Assembly: GCA_017499595.2 (NCBI GenBank)
Contig: CM039008.1
Location: 434,001 to 498,000 of the forward strand
DNA length: 64,000 bases
Reading direction: 5' to 3'
From: Psilocybe cubensis
Taxonomy: Eukaryota
The notes beneath the pieces were generated by a model. It was not told the origin of the DNA. It did no database searches and saw only the letters and a list, made by a program, of their open reading frames with translations. The position numbers and the translations under genes were made by a program. Of the stretch, positions 11,341 through 25,100 are shown in pieces (within the stretch, counting starts at the first letter, position 1; every line of letters starts with the position of its first letter).

Positions 11341-14263
11341 ACCGGTAGCTTGTATGTATCGACTAATTGAATTCTATGAATAACACTTGTAACTCTGCTG
11401 AAATAGCATCAAGGCATTACAATGGAGAACCTTCAGAATCCGGCTGTAGAATATCCACCACGTAACCTTTCCCCCATCCCCCCATATCCGCTACTGTCTA
11501 TTTCAACCTAGCATGTGGACATCGGCGACATCCTCGCGGCATACGTCAACTGTGATGCTACTCGGATGGTAAACGTAAAATAGCATTGGTTGATGCACGA
11601 ATTTTGGGGTTCAACGAGAAGGTACGGTTATTTCATTTAGGTTCCTTTGCTTCAACTTCATTTTATAAGGTTTCTGTAGTCAGTATCGAGCTAAATATCG
11701 TTAAGCGCCGTGAATTTGTTTTAATATGAATAACGTATTCTGCTCTTTTTTGACTCGAAAAAGCTCAAGTCAGTCTGGAATAATCTATAATTGCTCTAGC
11801 TACTACTCAGAGTCCGTAGTTAGCTCCACATTCGACGGAAAAAGTGCATTGAAATGACATATGGACATGTTCTCCTCGACCCCTTCAGTACACCTACCCT
11901 TATTTCCGAGAGTGAAAATCGACTGGGTGAGATATATATCTCAGATTTGCACCACTCAGTAATAGAACGATACATTTCTGGAAGGGAAAATGAGTTCATA
12001 CCGGAAGAAGTCACAAGGTCAACACGCACTCGTCAAGAATAACTACGCCAATTTCGGGTTAATCTGGCAAAAGGTCAATGTATTTCGGCCATTTGAGTGT
12101 CTAATTAGCGTGTCCTAGCTGGAATTCACATACCTGTAAAAAGATATGAAGCCCCATTCACGTTTTACGGCAAGACAAAAGTCGCACCACATTCATCTCC
12201 TCCTCCCCCAAATCACGGATTAACGCATTTCCAAACGTTCGCTGCATCTACTTGACATGTCAGCGCCACATCAATACATCCGGAGATATGAAAGGTGAGA
12301 TGTCGGCACTCTGAATGTCTGTAAAGTTTGGTTGAACATGATTGAACACCGAGTGCTTGGTTCATGCGTACCTGCCCGTTGAACGGAAAACTGGGATTAA
12401 TCTGTGCATAACCACTATTAACTCGAGTATGATATTTAATGGTGAGTATAAATAGAGTGTGTATTCGTACCATTTATGAGATTTGGAGAAGAATTGAGAC
12501 AGGCATTTGTTAAGCGCCCAAAGCGTCTAAAGAGCAATAACCACAAATTTTGCAGTCACAAATTCATTATATTGTACCAAGTACATGAGAGAGTCAATGT
12601 AAGTAGTATACCTAAATGATACGCACAGATCAAAGGACATACCACAATGTCAATCAATTTTGTGGAAGAGATAACAAATGAAAACGGATGCGCATGCATC
12701 TTGTTCTCCTGGTTCAGTTCTCCGTTTCCAACGCACCAAACATCTTTTCCTTGCATCTCGGGATAGCATCACGTCATGCTGTCACTGCTAGAGCAGATGC
12801 CGTCAATGTTCATGGAAGATTGGCAGAAATTGTTTGAGTGCGAACATACTTTGAATCGAGGGGACAGGGATGACATACCATGGCGCTATCGCTCAAATTG
12901 CATCTAGTGCGTCATTAACCACTGATTTACATGTATAGATACGGGGAGTATATGAAATTACACAAGAGGTTGAGTGATTTTGACGAATATAAAATTTACA
13001 ATGCACGCACTCATATATTTCTCAAATCCAATGTGTTCGTTTGCAGATGCCGTTTTAACGCCATAGCCACTAATATACCTGTAAATATCGTACACCGTCA
13101 GTTTACAGACGGATAATGACTCGAGAGACCACCAACAACTCACGAATGAATGACAACGCGAAATCACGACACAACCTCTCCTCCTCCCCCCATTCGCTCT
13201 AGCACTCGTTTCCAAACGTTTGCTTCGCTTGCACGTACCCTTCATTGCACCCATCACCCCTAGCTCCGATCACGGCATGTGTCAGTCGAGATGTAGTGGA
13301 ACAACTAGGTTGGATGAAGATGCGAGTTGGTAATTGAATACATGGAGAATGAAATATACCCAACGGTGTTCTGTGCGGAAACGAGGTAAACGTCCGTATG
13401 GGGGTTGGTTTCTGGGTATACCATGATCTATTTCAGAGTAGTTGGGTCGCATCGAATGCACAGTGACGATGACATTGGAAAACGAAACGTACATAGGTGT
13501 CCTGTGATGATTTTCAATGAAAACATTGAATTTGGGTTAATCGGAAAAGATGGGTGTGGGTGTTGCACATAGTTAACATGCACCATAATCCTTAGCATGC
13601 ACGATGAGTTTGGCAAAGATTTAGGATGGAAAAGTTGCGGGCAGGATAATGATACATGGATGCCGACATGCTCCCCATCCCCAAATTCGCCCGTTTCAAC
13701 GATTCAAACGCTCGTTTCTCTCGGACCTGAACATCTTGACATCACGGAGTTTTATTCTCCGTACCTGTTCTGTAATGCTGCGATGGAAATTAGACTGGTG
13801 AGCATGGAAGATGTTGGAATTGAATGAAAATACCGTGAATGCCCAGAGTGTAATTGCGCAGAGTCTAGCCTGGTTATCGTAAACGGGTTATGTTAATATG
13901 GCAACAGCTAGATCCTCCATGAATAGGCGATTCATCAAGTCCAGAGATGTGCAAAGAGGAAAGTTTGCAATGTTGAACAGCATCTAGAGCGAGTAATTCA
14001 AGGTTTACCACAGAAAAGCATCCATTCTTTACAGATCAAAAATCCAGAGTTGAACGAGTCATTGAACAGAGGTAATTCCAGCAGGCATACATTCAGATGA
14101 GGACGATTCGAATCTCATATTTCGAAATCTAATGAGCAGACGACGGCGCAGGTGAATGAAAGTCGAACCAAACATGTTGCTCAACCTCTCGCTTAGGTGG
14201 CGGACACACATTTCCCCCTTTGGACGGATATTCAACAGACATACGAATGCGGATACGAAAAGG

Positions 14264-14271
14264 TATAAAAG
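14264..14271 (+). promoter_or_regulatory. Putative TATA box followed by a pyrimidine-rich start region (units 1-4)
   Basis: TATAAAAG, then a CT-rich tract ~14290-14365 and a GTGAGT donor at 14393. Confidence 0.35.
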
Positions 14272-14523
14272 GAGGGTGGAGTTGACCTGGATTCCTCAGT
14301 TCGGTTCTCCCTCTCCTCCTGTTTTCCTCCTGCCTCGCCTCGCCTTGTCTGCCTACCCCGCCAGCCTTGACCACCTCGCTACGGTTGACAAAGTGAGTGC
14401 ATGGGAGAGGCCAGCTTGACGTGGCAAACGTCAAGCGTCAGCAGCTGGTAAGTCATTTGTGACGCGCTTGTTGAAAAAACCGACATTTTCCAGGCAGTTG
14501 CGCGGTGAAGGATGTGTCCCTTG

Positions 14524-14835
14524 CTGAGAATGTCAGTATTCGCGACGTTTTTGTTGACCGAATTAATGCTTACCTGGTTTGCACAGCAATGACCCCGCCC
14601 CATGCTCTGAGAGAGGTGTTCGCGCTCCACGCGCTTAGAGGTGTTGTGGGCCGGACGCGCTGAGGATGTGGGTACCCGCTACGTGTTTGTTGAGAGAATT
14701 GCTGCTCACCTGGTTTGCATAGCAATAACAGGGGTGTCATGAACCCATACACTGAAGAGGTGCCCAGTCGGCCGGACCCGATGCGCTGAGGATATCAGTA
14801 CGTGTGACACGTTTGTTGATATAACTACTACTCAC
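14524..14835 (-). repeat. Three tandem exon/intron modules, each with a 50-nt GT..AG intron (units 1-4)
   Basis: Introns at 14786-14835, 14660-14709 and 14524-14573. Each has TGCAAAC(C/T)AG|GT(A/G)AG at the donor and (C/T)CTCAG|C at the acceptor. Confidence 0.65.
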
Positions 14836-14918
14836 CTAGTTTGCATAGCAACGTTCGACAGCTCCTACACGCTTAGAGAGTCGTTGTAGATGCAGCGTCC
14901 CCCCATTCCTATCCCTTT

Positions 14919-17123
14919 TCATGTCCGAGCAATAACCGCCCCAAACCAAAGGAAAACCGCAAATGTAAGAAGTGCTTCGCATTGAAACTGGGAATCATTG
15001 CCTGGAATATGGTCGAGCAGTAGGCCGACAATGCCCTGGTTGATCAGCGCTACACGATAAGACTCTAATTATCATTAATTTCTGAAGTGAAACAGAGAGT
15101 GCATACCATGGACACCTATGGCAGAAATGGAACTCAGTACTGCTCTTTGAACCCGTTTTTGTGGGTGTTTTATCATATTGGAAAGTGTGTTTCCGAGTTC
15201 AGGACCTAAAAGCATGGGATGCATGCGTTCTATTGCCGATATGAGACGACAATCGGATTATACAAAGCCACAGTACGCACCATTCAGAGCCAAACATTTG
15301 AGTGTAGATCCCTTATCCATCGCAGAGAGAATAAGAGAAGCGTCAATCAACCACTGTCGATGCAGAGGGTTTGTACAATTAGAAATCACTTCCGGAATAT
15401 GATTGGTGAATTCGGCAGGTATCAGAAATCCTGAGCGTATCCGCACATGGATGTGGATGCAAATAATCAATTCAAGAATATCGTCTTGGAACATATCCCA
15501 ATTTGACAGGGTCCCTCCCGGTTGCAGAAAAGCTACGAGTGAGCTAGCGCTCCAATTTAAGGAAGAATGGGTGGTCTGGACAAGAGACAGCATAACTGTA
15601 AGGTATGCTCGAGTTACATCGGAAGAGGTTTCAGTCTTGTCTAGGGAGGATAGAAGCTCCGTGATGTTGCGGGTCAAGACTGGTAATGGGTCTGCAATAT
15701 ACAAAGCCTCCTGCAACCTTGACGACATGGGTAGTCCCGCAATGGCACAGACTGGATCATCAAGTTTGAAGGTTCGCGCCAGTGAAAACAGACCAACGAG
15801 GACATCTGTCCTCAATTCGTCTGATGGAGGGTTTGAAACGAGCATGAGATGATATAAAGATGAGAATGTGTCGAAGATGCCCTTTGTCCATGTCCTACGT
15901 AGCTTGGTGGTGGACAAAAGGACATGATCGAGGTGGGTGTAAGAGCTGGTAACTCTCCGCGCCTTACGTCGGCGTTGGCGGGGAGTGAATACCAAGTGTC
16001 CAATTGCATCTGCCAGGAGAATGAGAGGAATAAAGACGCCAGGAATCTAATAAGAGATATGTTGATGTCCTTCATAGAATTCAAAGACCATCGCTTACAA
16101 TTGGCAGCAAGCCAGATATCGGGGTATTAAATGGGGAATTGGGATTGAGAAGCGGGCGAATGCTACATCCTAGGTAGAGGAGCATGGTGATGGCAATAAG
16201 CGTCGTCACAACTACCCCAATTCGCGGGTCGTCCTGAAACAATAAAATGACGAGGCCGCCGAAGAAGAGGTAAAAGGCAATGTGCAAGGTTATTGGCAGG
16301 GCATGTATAACAGCTCGTAGATGTCGCTGGTCGTCGCCGAAGAACCGTCGATGACGATTGCAGGCGTCGATTATAGGCAGTCCAGCTGATACAGGAATAA
16401 ATTGGGATACCCACCCTTTCGCCAGGATTGTTCCAAAAGCACCCGTTAAGGCAAAGGTGAGGCTGACGAACCAGAGTCCATTCACCCATACCAAAGGTGA
16501 TGAGGGTACAAAGGTTGTTGATAGTAGGGAATTCTGACGAGTTTCCGACGACAAGGTTTGAATGAGGTCTCTGATCAAATTATTCGTGATAGCCTGAGGG
16601 TCTTGTTGGAGATCTTTTCGTGTCTCGATAAGAAAGGCAGTCAAAATGGCAGAAAACAGGCCCGCCTATAAATTGACGTCAGAAACAAAATTGTGGAACA
16701 AGCAAAACATACAAATATCAAGATGGTATCCAAGTCACAGTTCCATATTCTCATCAACTCTTCGCCTTTTGATTTGGTCAAGTCGAGGTACATCGACCAG
16801 ACCTTTGCATCATCTGCTAGGTAGTCCGCGAATGGGTTTCGGAGGTCTGCATTGGAGGTTGCCACGTATTCCCTAGCTGCCGTTTCAATGGATGCTCTCG
16901 ATGGTGGCCGGTAGACTAATACGATTGTTGTTATTGGTCTTTTTCAGGCGCATCTGAGGTAAAAAAACATACCCTTTGTGTCAGACAACCGTGATTCTGC
17001 CCTCTCCACGTCGCGGGGAAATGGAAAACGATAAGCAAGCGCTGATAGAGTACTGGTCCCATTCCCTGATTGGATTCTCAGGCACCGTGCGACAATCTCC
17101 CAAAACGACGATTTCGCCTGCAT
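14919..17123 (-). CDS. C-terminally truncated DUF6535 copy 2 (~651 aa, open frame, novel end ...AVFLWFGAVIART*)
   Basis: Same five introns as copy 1, with splice sites retained. Exon lengths sum to 1956 nt. The last exon crosses the array junction to TGA at 14919-14921. The 1-bp poly-A indel near 16961 lies inside intron 1. Confidence 0.7.
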
Positions 17124-20087
17124 GTGTTGTTCTTGAAGGTTTTCGCGTCTATGCCTGAGCAAGGTCAACAAACACGTCGTCCTCCTCGCTGCTTATAGTG
17201 AAAAGGTTAGACACTCGTGAGTCATACGCACCATTGAATTTACGGTCGTGTGGCAATGCGAAGGGATTGGCACCCTGGCGGATTGGTTTTCCCAAATGAT
17301 TTGCTGCCTCAAATAGAAATGCACTGGTTTACATACATGAATTGACAGCGATAAGTATGTATCGGCAGTTGACTTACCCTTCCATTGCTTCGAATCCCAA
17401 ATAGACGCTCATTTGCATCATTCAATCATCTGGGAAAGTTAGTTTGGAAGGACCGAGGTTCGGATACGTCTCTGACGGATTCCCTGTGAATAGAAACTCA
17501 ATAGACATGTAATTGGGTGCTATTTGCATGTTTAGAGCTGCGCCAATACGCACCTACACTTCCGAGTAGCATTGTGGCGGCCAGTCGAAACGAGAACTTT
17601 TGAAAGTTGACGCCCCTTTTCAATTCTTGAGTCATCTTAAGTATGCCGAATGATGGCCGATAAAAATATTTCATTTACCGCGATGGCCGAGCATCTCACC
17701 AGGGTAATATCAGGATACAGTGGCTTGCGGAGTCCTGTTGTTCTTCCTGATGGCTTTTCTCAACTTCAGAATCTATTCCCTCGAATACCTCTCTCCTCCT
17801 TGATAGATTCCGACTGTGGCACCAATTAAATGCTCTAGGATCATCCGGTGCAGACACCTCTCTCGACTCAGCTCGCGCCTCGCTCTCCACCCGCAAACAT
17901 TTACTCGCATTCCAAACCGCCATTGAACGTGCCCCCTTCCCTGTAATTGCTGCAATTCACGGTCATTGTATCGTTGGTTCACGAGCTTACGTATACCGCT
18001 CGAGTCTTCTCATCGGACGAGGCTGGGGCTAGTTTCTCGCGTCGTTCTGCCTCTAAAAGGGAATTTTCTGGTGAGATGAGGGTCGTTTAAGTGTGTTTAG
18101 ATGGTGAAATCTATTTATATCACAAAAAAACAGCCTAGTTCATACATTCCAACACCTTCAATTTATCGTACAAGCAGAGGTTAGCCCCGCCCGAAGGCCA
18201 GTGCGGGGCGTAACAGGTCTATCTACTACGGAAAGTGCTTACCTCTCTCTCCGAACACCTACTAACCTGACACGTCACGCATAGGTGCTGCTCCTAGCAC
18301 TGGCAGAGTGGGCTTTGCTGTTGCGTAAGTGATGCGCAAAGACAAACGTCGATACATTGTGGAAAGGCTGGTTGCGGCTGGATACAAGTTCACGGTCCCG
18401 CGTGGCCATACGGGTGTGCGGATTGGTGAAGAGTAGGCGTCGAAATGCACGTTGCAGCTCAGTCGGTGGCATACACAGAGTGGGCTTGCGCACCAACACA
18501 TGTGCAGATCGGTGTAGCGTCGTCAGCCAAGGTTACAAGGGAATGACATGGTGGGGACAATATCAGATGGGTGGCCAAGGACACTTGAATCAGGTAAGAG
18601 TACATGCGCCGCGTGCGGGTCGGCGGACGTCAACTCATCCCTAGCAGTCCCCTTGTGCATGCACTCCTGCGCCTCTGTTTACTGCTACGTTGCCTTGTCG
18701 GACATCGATGTAGAGCAGAATGTTATTGGGGATATAGGGCAAAAGGACATGGGTTGGCAGGCGTTGATACTGTGCATCACAGCATCCCCGGCACCTCTGG
18801 TCCGTGCGACGTCCCTACTCGTTCTTGCGCAACTCGGCGGATGGCAATACCACGCATAAATGCAGATTGCGCAGCTCGGCGGACATCGATATAGAGTGTC
18901 GGGGCATTGGCGTGGCGGGTGTCAACACATCCCTGGCCCTGGGCATTGGCGAACCATGGGGTGGCGGGCGTAGATGTCTGTTGGTCGGCGGGTGTCGATA
19001 TATAGCGTCAACGCGCCCCACCCCGGAAGTCGATGAAGGGTGTCGAGGCAGAGTCCATCCCTCCTCCATGCTGGTCGGCGGACGTCAATACATGGCGTCA
19101 ACGCATCCCCACCACCGGAACTCGATACAGAGTGTCGACGCCTAGTCGACGCCTCCACTAACAAGGCCCCGACACCTCCCCACCACGAGTATCGGCTGAA
19201 CGTGCTGGTCGGCGGACGTCGATACATGGCGTCAGCGCATCCCACCACCGGAAGTTGATACATCGTGTCGAGGTAGAGTCCATTCCCGGCATCACTCGAG
19301 GCTGAATGTGTTGGTCGGCGGACGTCGATACATGGCGTCAGCGCATTCCCGGAAGTCGATGCAGCGTGTCGAGGCAGAGTCCATCCCCGACACCACCCCA
19401 CCTCGAGTCTGGGCTGAATGTACTGGTCGGCGGACGTCGATACATCGTGTCCACGCGTCCCCACCACCGGAAGTCTACGTCACGTCAAACGGCACCTCCC
19501 CACCTCAAGTGTCGGCTGAATGTGTTGGTCGGCGGGCGTCAATACATAGCGTTAACGCGTCCCCAGGACCGGAAGTTGATACGTCGCGTCAAGGCAGAGT
19601 CAACGCCTCCACTAACGCATGAACGCTGCCTCGAGACCACCCCACCTCGAGTGTCGGGTAGATGAGCTGGTCGGCGGGCATCGATATATAGTGTCAACGC
19701 AAACGCGACACATCTCCCGTCGTGAACTCATACCGCCGGGCGTCGATATATCGTGTTCGCGCATCCGTGGGTAAACTCCTCAGGGTCGCAGACGCGCACG
19801 GACCTATGTTCCGTCATCTGGAGACTAGAACTGTGTCAATAGTTGTTTTTGGAAAGATATTAACTTGTACATACCTCGGGAACATACTTTCATGCCTTCA
19901 GGAGGATGGCTCTAGGATGTATTGGTGAACAACTGCAAGATAAAAAGGTCAGAATAAGCTAATACAATGCACAGAGAGTACATACCAAAAATACAACGTC
20001 TGCACCCTCAGAAGCGCCCATGTGGCAGTCATATTGTAGCAAAACTATTGAAAAAGGTCAGAAAAAGTGGAGGAACATCATGGAAAG

Positions 20088-20537
20088 TGTCAGGGTTTCT
20101 CCAGTTTCCCCTCTTTATCTTCACAGAATTATCTTATCCTTTCATTATCTTATCAATTATCTGATTAGATAGTTTATTTCTTTCATCACAGCCTTCTTGC
20201 TCCACTTCTTTCTAGTAAATTCTATATGATTCCTAGTCTTACTCATCCTTTTTCTATATGATGTCACTTTTATTCTTTAACCTTCCTTTATGATGTAATG
20301 TAGGGAATATTCTAGAATAGCTGTAGAGTATAAATACTGGACTTGTAGGTAGCTGTAGCTTCAGCTTCAATCTCTTAGGATATCCACTATCATTGGTGTG
20401 ATCTCTTAGAACCATTGAATCTCTCTCACTCTCTTATTCTCTCTTTGCTCTCTTACTCTCCCTCTGCTCTCTCTCTCTCTCTCTTGCTTAATCTTTGTTG
20501 GTGGCCTTGTCACACTGATTATAGTGTTGCCCTGACA
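20088..20537 (+). repeat. 5' LTR of element 1
   Basis: Direct repeat of 26027-26476 with no difference seen by eye; TATAAATA at 20329-20336. Confidence 0.95.
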
Positions 20538-20539
20538 GA

Positions 20540-20550
20540 AGATTGAAGCT
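20540..20550 (+). promoter_or_regulatory. Self-priming primer-binding site of element 1
   Basis: AGATTGAAGCT is the exact reverse complement of AGCTTCAATCT (20363-20373), ~30 nt after the LTR TATA box. No TGG tRNA-type PBS is present. Confidence 0.8.
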
Positions 20551-21041
20551 CTCTCAAGACAACTCCACCATCTCTCTTTCAACACCAAACTCTTCACCTC
20601 TTCAACCTCTTCAACACCATTACCTCAACCTTCTTCCTCCACTTTCAACCCACCAACCTCTTCATCAACCTCTTCACCAATCTTCTTACCAATCTCTACA
20701 TCTCCACCAATCTTCAACATCCTCCTCAAGACCTTTCCTCAAGACCTTTCCTCAAGACCTTTGGCTCATCATCTTTCCTACTCTCTGTTGTGTGCTGTGT
20801 GTGAACTTAGTAGATAGGGATACCAACTGTTGGGGCAGACACAGTCCTACTAGTGTTCTGTTTTTGGTGGTCTAGGAAATATCCAGTAACCCTGTGATCC
20901 TAGGTTTAGAGCCCTGAGTGGTGTGACAACTGGGTATCCAGTAGATAGATATTTTTTTAGAATACTTAGTATAGTTTCAAGGGCACTTTCAGTAGATAGC
21001 TTCTCCCACACACACATCAGAGAGCCTACCTACCCCTACCC

Positions 21042-22148
21042 ATGGACATGGACCCCTCCCAATTGCCTCCCACCACTCCTTCTGTGGAAGAGCTCATGCA
21101 TCAGGTCCAGCTCCTTACCCAAGAGTTGAATTTTCTTAGACAGCAGCAGCAGTCATTATCCACTCCACCACACCCTCAGCAACCAGTCAGTCAGTCACCA
21201 TCACCACCACCACCACCACCTGCTGCTCTAGATATTCACTCTTTCCCTACCCCTCATGTTGCCCCTTCCTGTTCACACTCTGCCATTAAAGTCTCACCTC
21301 CAGATCCATTTGATGGTTCTATGGAGAAGGCAGAAAACTTCCTCAGTCAGCTTAAATTATATTTCTATGGGAAAGGGATTACAGATGACTTTCAGAAAGT
21401 TATTTGTGCTCTATCTCATATGAAAGGAGGTACTGCTGGGAAGTGGGCATATGAGAAGACTAAAGTAATAGACAATGCTCAGTCCCAAGAAGGTCTTTGG
21501 GCTGACTTTGTTTATGAATTTAGGGAAGTATTTGCAGATCCAGACCCCTCCAACACAGCTAAGCATAAAATGCACATGCTCAAGCAAGGCAGACAGACTG
21601 CTGATGAGTATGTTGCTAGCTTTAGGGCTCTGATCTCAGATACTGGGTATAATGATGCTGCTTTGGTAGACCAATTCAAGGCTGGGCTTAATGAAAATCT
21701 CAGGAATGCAGTCTATTATGTTCCTGACATGCCCAAAACCTTGGATGGATGGATTAAATGGAGTACCAGGCTAGATAGGCAGTGGAGACAGAGTGAGGCC
21801 TTTACCAAGTCTCTTTCCTCCTCCTCTTCTTCTCCCTTCCTTAAAGCCCCAACTCCCAAGGCTGTTTCTAAGCCTACTCCAAATCCTCCAGTCTTTTCCA
21901 ATAGCAGCTCTAGGACCTTTGGTGCTCAGGCAAAGCAACCAGATGTAGTTCCCATGGAGGTTGACTCTGGATGGAAGTCAGTTAGGCCAATTGTTTGCTT
22001 CAAGTGCAGAAAGCCTGGTCATAAGGCTGTAAACTGCAGGTCATCAGTTAACATCAATGCTATAACCCATGAAGAACTGGCTGACTACTTTGGGAAATTA
22101 ATCTTGGAAGGCAAGGAGCAGAAAGATGAGGAAAAGAAAAATTTTTAG
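21042..22148 (+). CDS. gag: Gag of element 1 (retrotransposon gag domain plus CCHC zinc knuckle)
   Basis: 368-aa ORF with 'PDPFDGS', 'LKQGRQTADEY..F' and 'CFKCRKPGHKAVNC'. Confidence 0.93.
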   Translation: MDMDPSQLPPTTPSVEELMHQVQLLTQELNFLRQQQQSLSTPPHPQQPVSQSPSPPPPPPAALDIHSFPTPHVAPSCSHSAIKVSPPDPFDGSMEKAENFLSQLKLYFYGKGITDDFQKVICALSHMKGGTAGKWAYEKTKVIDNAQSQEGLWADFVYEFREVFADPDPSNTAKHKMHMLKQGRQTADEYVASFRALISDTGYNDAALVDQFKAGLNENLRNAVYYVPDMPKTLDGWIKWSTRLDRQWRQSEAFTKSLSSSSSSPFLKAPTPKAVSKPTPNPPVFSNSSSRTFGAQAKQPDVVPMEVDSGWKSVRPIVCFKCRKPGHKAVNCRSSVNINAITHEELADYFGKLILEGKEQKDEEKKNF

Positions 22149-25100
22149 AAGCACCATTGGTGAAAGACATGTCCCAATGGAATAGATTTAATGTACTAGA
22201 AAATGAAATTGACAGACTTGATCCTCAGTCTTCAGATTCTGGTGCAGAAATCATGTCTTCTTCTTCCTCTCTTTCTACCTTCCCTGAAAAGATCTACATC
22301 CTCAACCATAATCCTAAAACCTCTACCCATTTGTCTGTCATCTTAAAGACAATGGACACAGAGAAAAGGTTATCTGTTGATGCTTTGCTTGATTCTGGAG
22401 CTACTGGCCTCTTTCTGCATTCTGGTTTTGTGAAGTATCATAATCTCAACACAAGGAAACTTCCTAGAGCCATTCCAGTCTATAATGTTGATGGTACTCT
22501 CAACAAGAGTGGCTCTATCCATGAGGAAGTAGACTTAATTATGGTACACAAAAACCATACAGAAAGGGCCACCTTTGCTGTTTGTGACTTGGGAGACAAA
22601 TCTGCTATCATTGGACATACTTGGCTTTGGCACCATAATCCAGATGTTGATTGGAAGACAGGGGATGTCCAGTTTATTAGATGTCCCTCTGACTGCCAAA
22701 TGGAAGCCAAAAGAGCCAGAAGAAAGAGGCAGAGAATAGCTGCAGTCAAAAGGAGGAAACTCCCTCAATTTGATGAAGAAGAAGATGATTCTATTGAAGA
22801 TTCTTCTGATTCTGAGATTGAGCCTGAGGATAGAATTTTTATCTCATACCTTCATCCTCAGAAGCAGTCTATTAATGCTACTTCTACTATGTCTCAAAGA
22901 TTAGCAGAAGAGTCTCATCAGCAAGCTGATTCCCTTAAGAAAACCTTTGAAGAAACTGTTCCTAAGCACTATCATCAGTTTAAAGGTGTTTTTTCAAAGG
23001 AATCTTTTGATAGGCTACCAGACAGAAAGCCTTGGGATCATGCTATTGAGCTGAAACCTGGTTCTGAACCTTACAGATCCAAGATTTATCCTCTTTCTCC
23101 CAATGAACAAAAGGAACTTGATGCCTTTTTAGAGGAAAATCTGAAGTCTGGCAGGATTAGACCCTCCAAGTCACCTATGGCCTCCCCTGTATTCTTTGTC
23201 AAGAAGAAGGATGGATCTCTTAGGCTTGTCCAGGACTATAGGAAACTGAATGAAATGACCATCAAGAACTCCTACCCCCTTCCATTGATTTCTGACATCA
23301 TCACCAAACTCAGCAAAGCCAAATACTTCACCAAACTTGATGTTAGGTGGGGATTTAACAATGTCAGAATCAAAAAGGGAGATGAATGGAAAGCAGCCTT
23401 TAGAACCAATAGAGGGCTGTTTGAACCATTGGTCATGTTCTTTGGTTTAACCAATAGTCCTGCTACCTTCCAAACTATGATGAATGATATCTTTATTGAG
23501 CTCATTGATGGAAATGTTGTCATTGTCTACATGGATGACATTTTAATTTTCACTGAGACTCTTGATCATCATAGAGAGGTAGTCAAGCAAGTTCTGCAAA
23601 TCCTAGAACAGAACAAACTCTACCTTAAAGCAGAGAAATGTGAATTTGAAAAGGAAAAGATTGAATATCTTGGACTAATCATTTCACAAGGCAGGATTGA
23701 GATGGATCCTGTCAAGGTAGAGGGAGTTTCTAAATGGCCTGAACCTGAAAATGTCAAGGATGTCCAATCATTCTTGGGATTTGTTAATTTTTATAGAAGG
23801 TTCATAGAGGATTTTGCAGACATTGCTAAGCCCCTTCATGAATTGACAAAGAAAGGAACAGTCTGGAGATGGAGTCTTAGACAGCAGGAAGCCTTTGACC
23901 AGTTAAAGAAGAAAGTCACTTCTTCACCTGTCTTGATTTTCCCTGATGATAACAAGCCATATAAAGTTGAAGCAGACAGTTCAGATTATGCTACTGGGGC
24001 TGTTTTATCTCAGGAAGGATCAGATGGGAAATGGCATCCTGTAGCCTTTATGTCTAAGAGTCTATCTGAAGTAGAAAGGAATTATGAGATCCATGACAAA
24101 GAGATGCTGGCTATTATCAGAGCACTAGATGAATGGAGACATTATCTTGAAGGAACCCAACATTCCTTTGAGATTTGGACAGACCACAAAAACTTAGAGT
24201 ACTTTATGGTTGCCCAAAAGCTCAGCAGAAGGCAAGCCAGATGGTCACTCTTCCTGTCCAGATTTGATTTTACTCTTCATCATAGGCCTGGTAAAAGATC
24301 TCTTAAGCCAGATGCTTTGTCTAGGAGACCAGATCATAAAAAGGGAGAGAATGATAACCAAAATGTAGTTCTCCTCAAACCTTCCTACTTTAAAATCCAG
24401 GCTCTCAAGCAGGGTCATGCTACCATTACTGGTGCAGAAAATGATCTTCTTAAGAAGATTAGAGAAGCTAAGGAGATGGATGAAAAGGTGGTCAAGGCAG
24501 TTCAGGAGCTCAAGAAATCTTCTACCAAGAAGATTGAAGGACAGGAATGGTCAGAAGAACAAGGCCTTATTCTCTACAGGGGGAAGGTGTATGTTCCCAA
24601 GGACAAAGATCTTAGAAGAAAGATTGTGGAACTGCACCATGATGCCTTCATTGCTGGACATCCAGGGAAATGGAAGACAATTGAGCTAGTCTCTAGGAAT
24701 TATTGGTGGCCAGGAATGTCACATTTTATTGCAGCCTATACCAGAGGTTGTGATAGATGCAACAGAACCAAAACCTTTCCAGCCAAACCTCTTGGCCTTT
24801 TAATTCCTACTGAGATTCCCTCTGATGTCTGGCAATGCATCTCTGTGGACTTTATTATGGGGTTACCAGAATGTCAAGGGTATAATGCCATTATGGTGGT
24901 TGTGGATAGACTTAGTAAAATGATCCACATTATCCCTACTACAGATGAAGTCACTTCTGAAGGGACAGCCAGACTATACAGAGATTATGTCTGGAAACAC
25001 CATGGCTTACCCATTAAAATTCTGTGTGATAGAGGTCCACAGTTTGTCTCAAGGTTTATGAAAGAACTCAACTCAATACTTGGTATCCAGACAGCCTCAT

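Larger units (their letters stand above)
4705..14941. repeat. Tandem array unit 1 (type A); its left end is continuous with the native full-length gene
   Basis: Sequence from CAAACC at 4705 recurs at 14942, 31256, 41477 and 58009, and the ORF track repeats at matching offsets. Confidence 0.95.

Noticed and set aside
9677-14200. Many 60-105 aa ORFs repeated in every unit
   Set aside because: No recognisable motifs. Their recurrence simply reflects the DNA duplication, and several differ in frame between A and B types.
16944-17171. Apparent frameshift in exon 1 of B copies (75 aa versus 79 aa ORF)
   Set aside because: The extra A lies inside intron 1, so the spliced frame is unaffected.
20560-20760. 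CTCTTCAAC-like microrepeats and 110-aa ORF in the element 1 leader
   Set aside because: Low-complexity pyrimidine-rich 5' UTR; the ORF looks like a compositional artefact.
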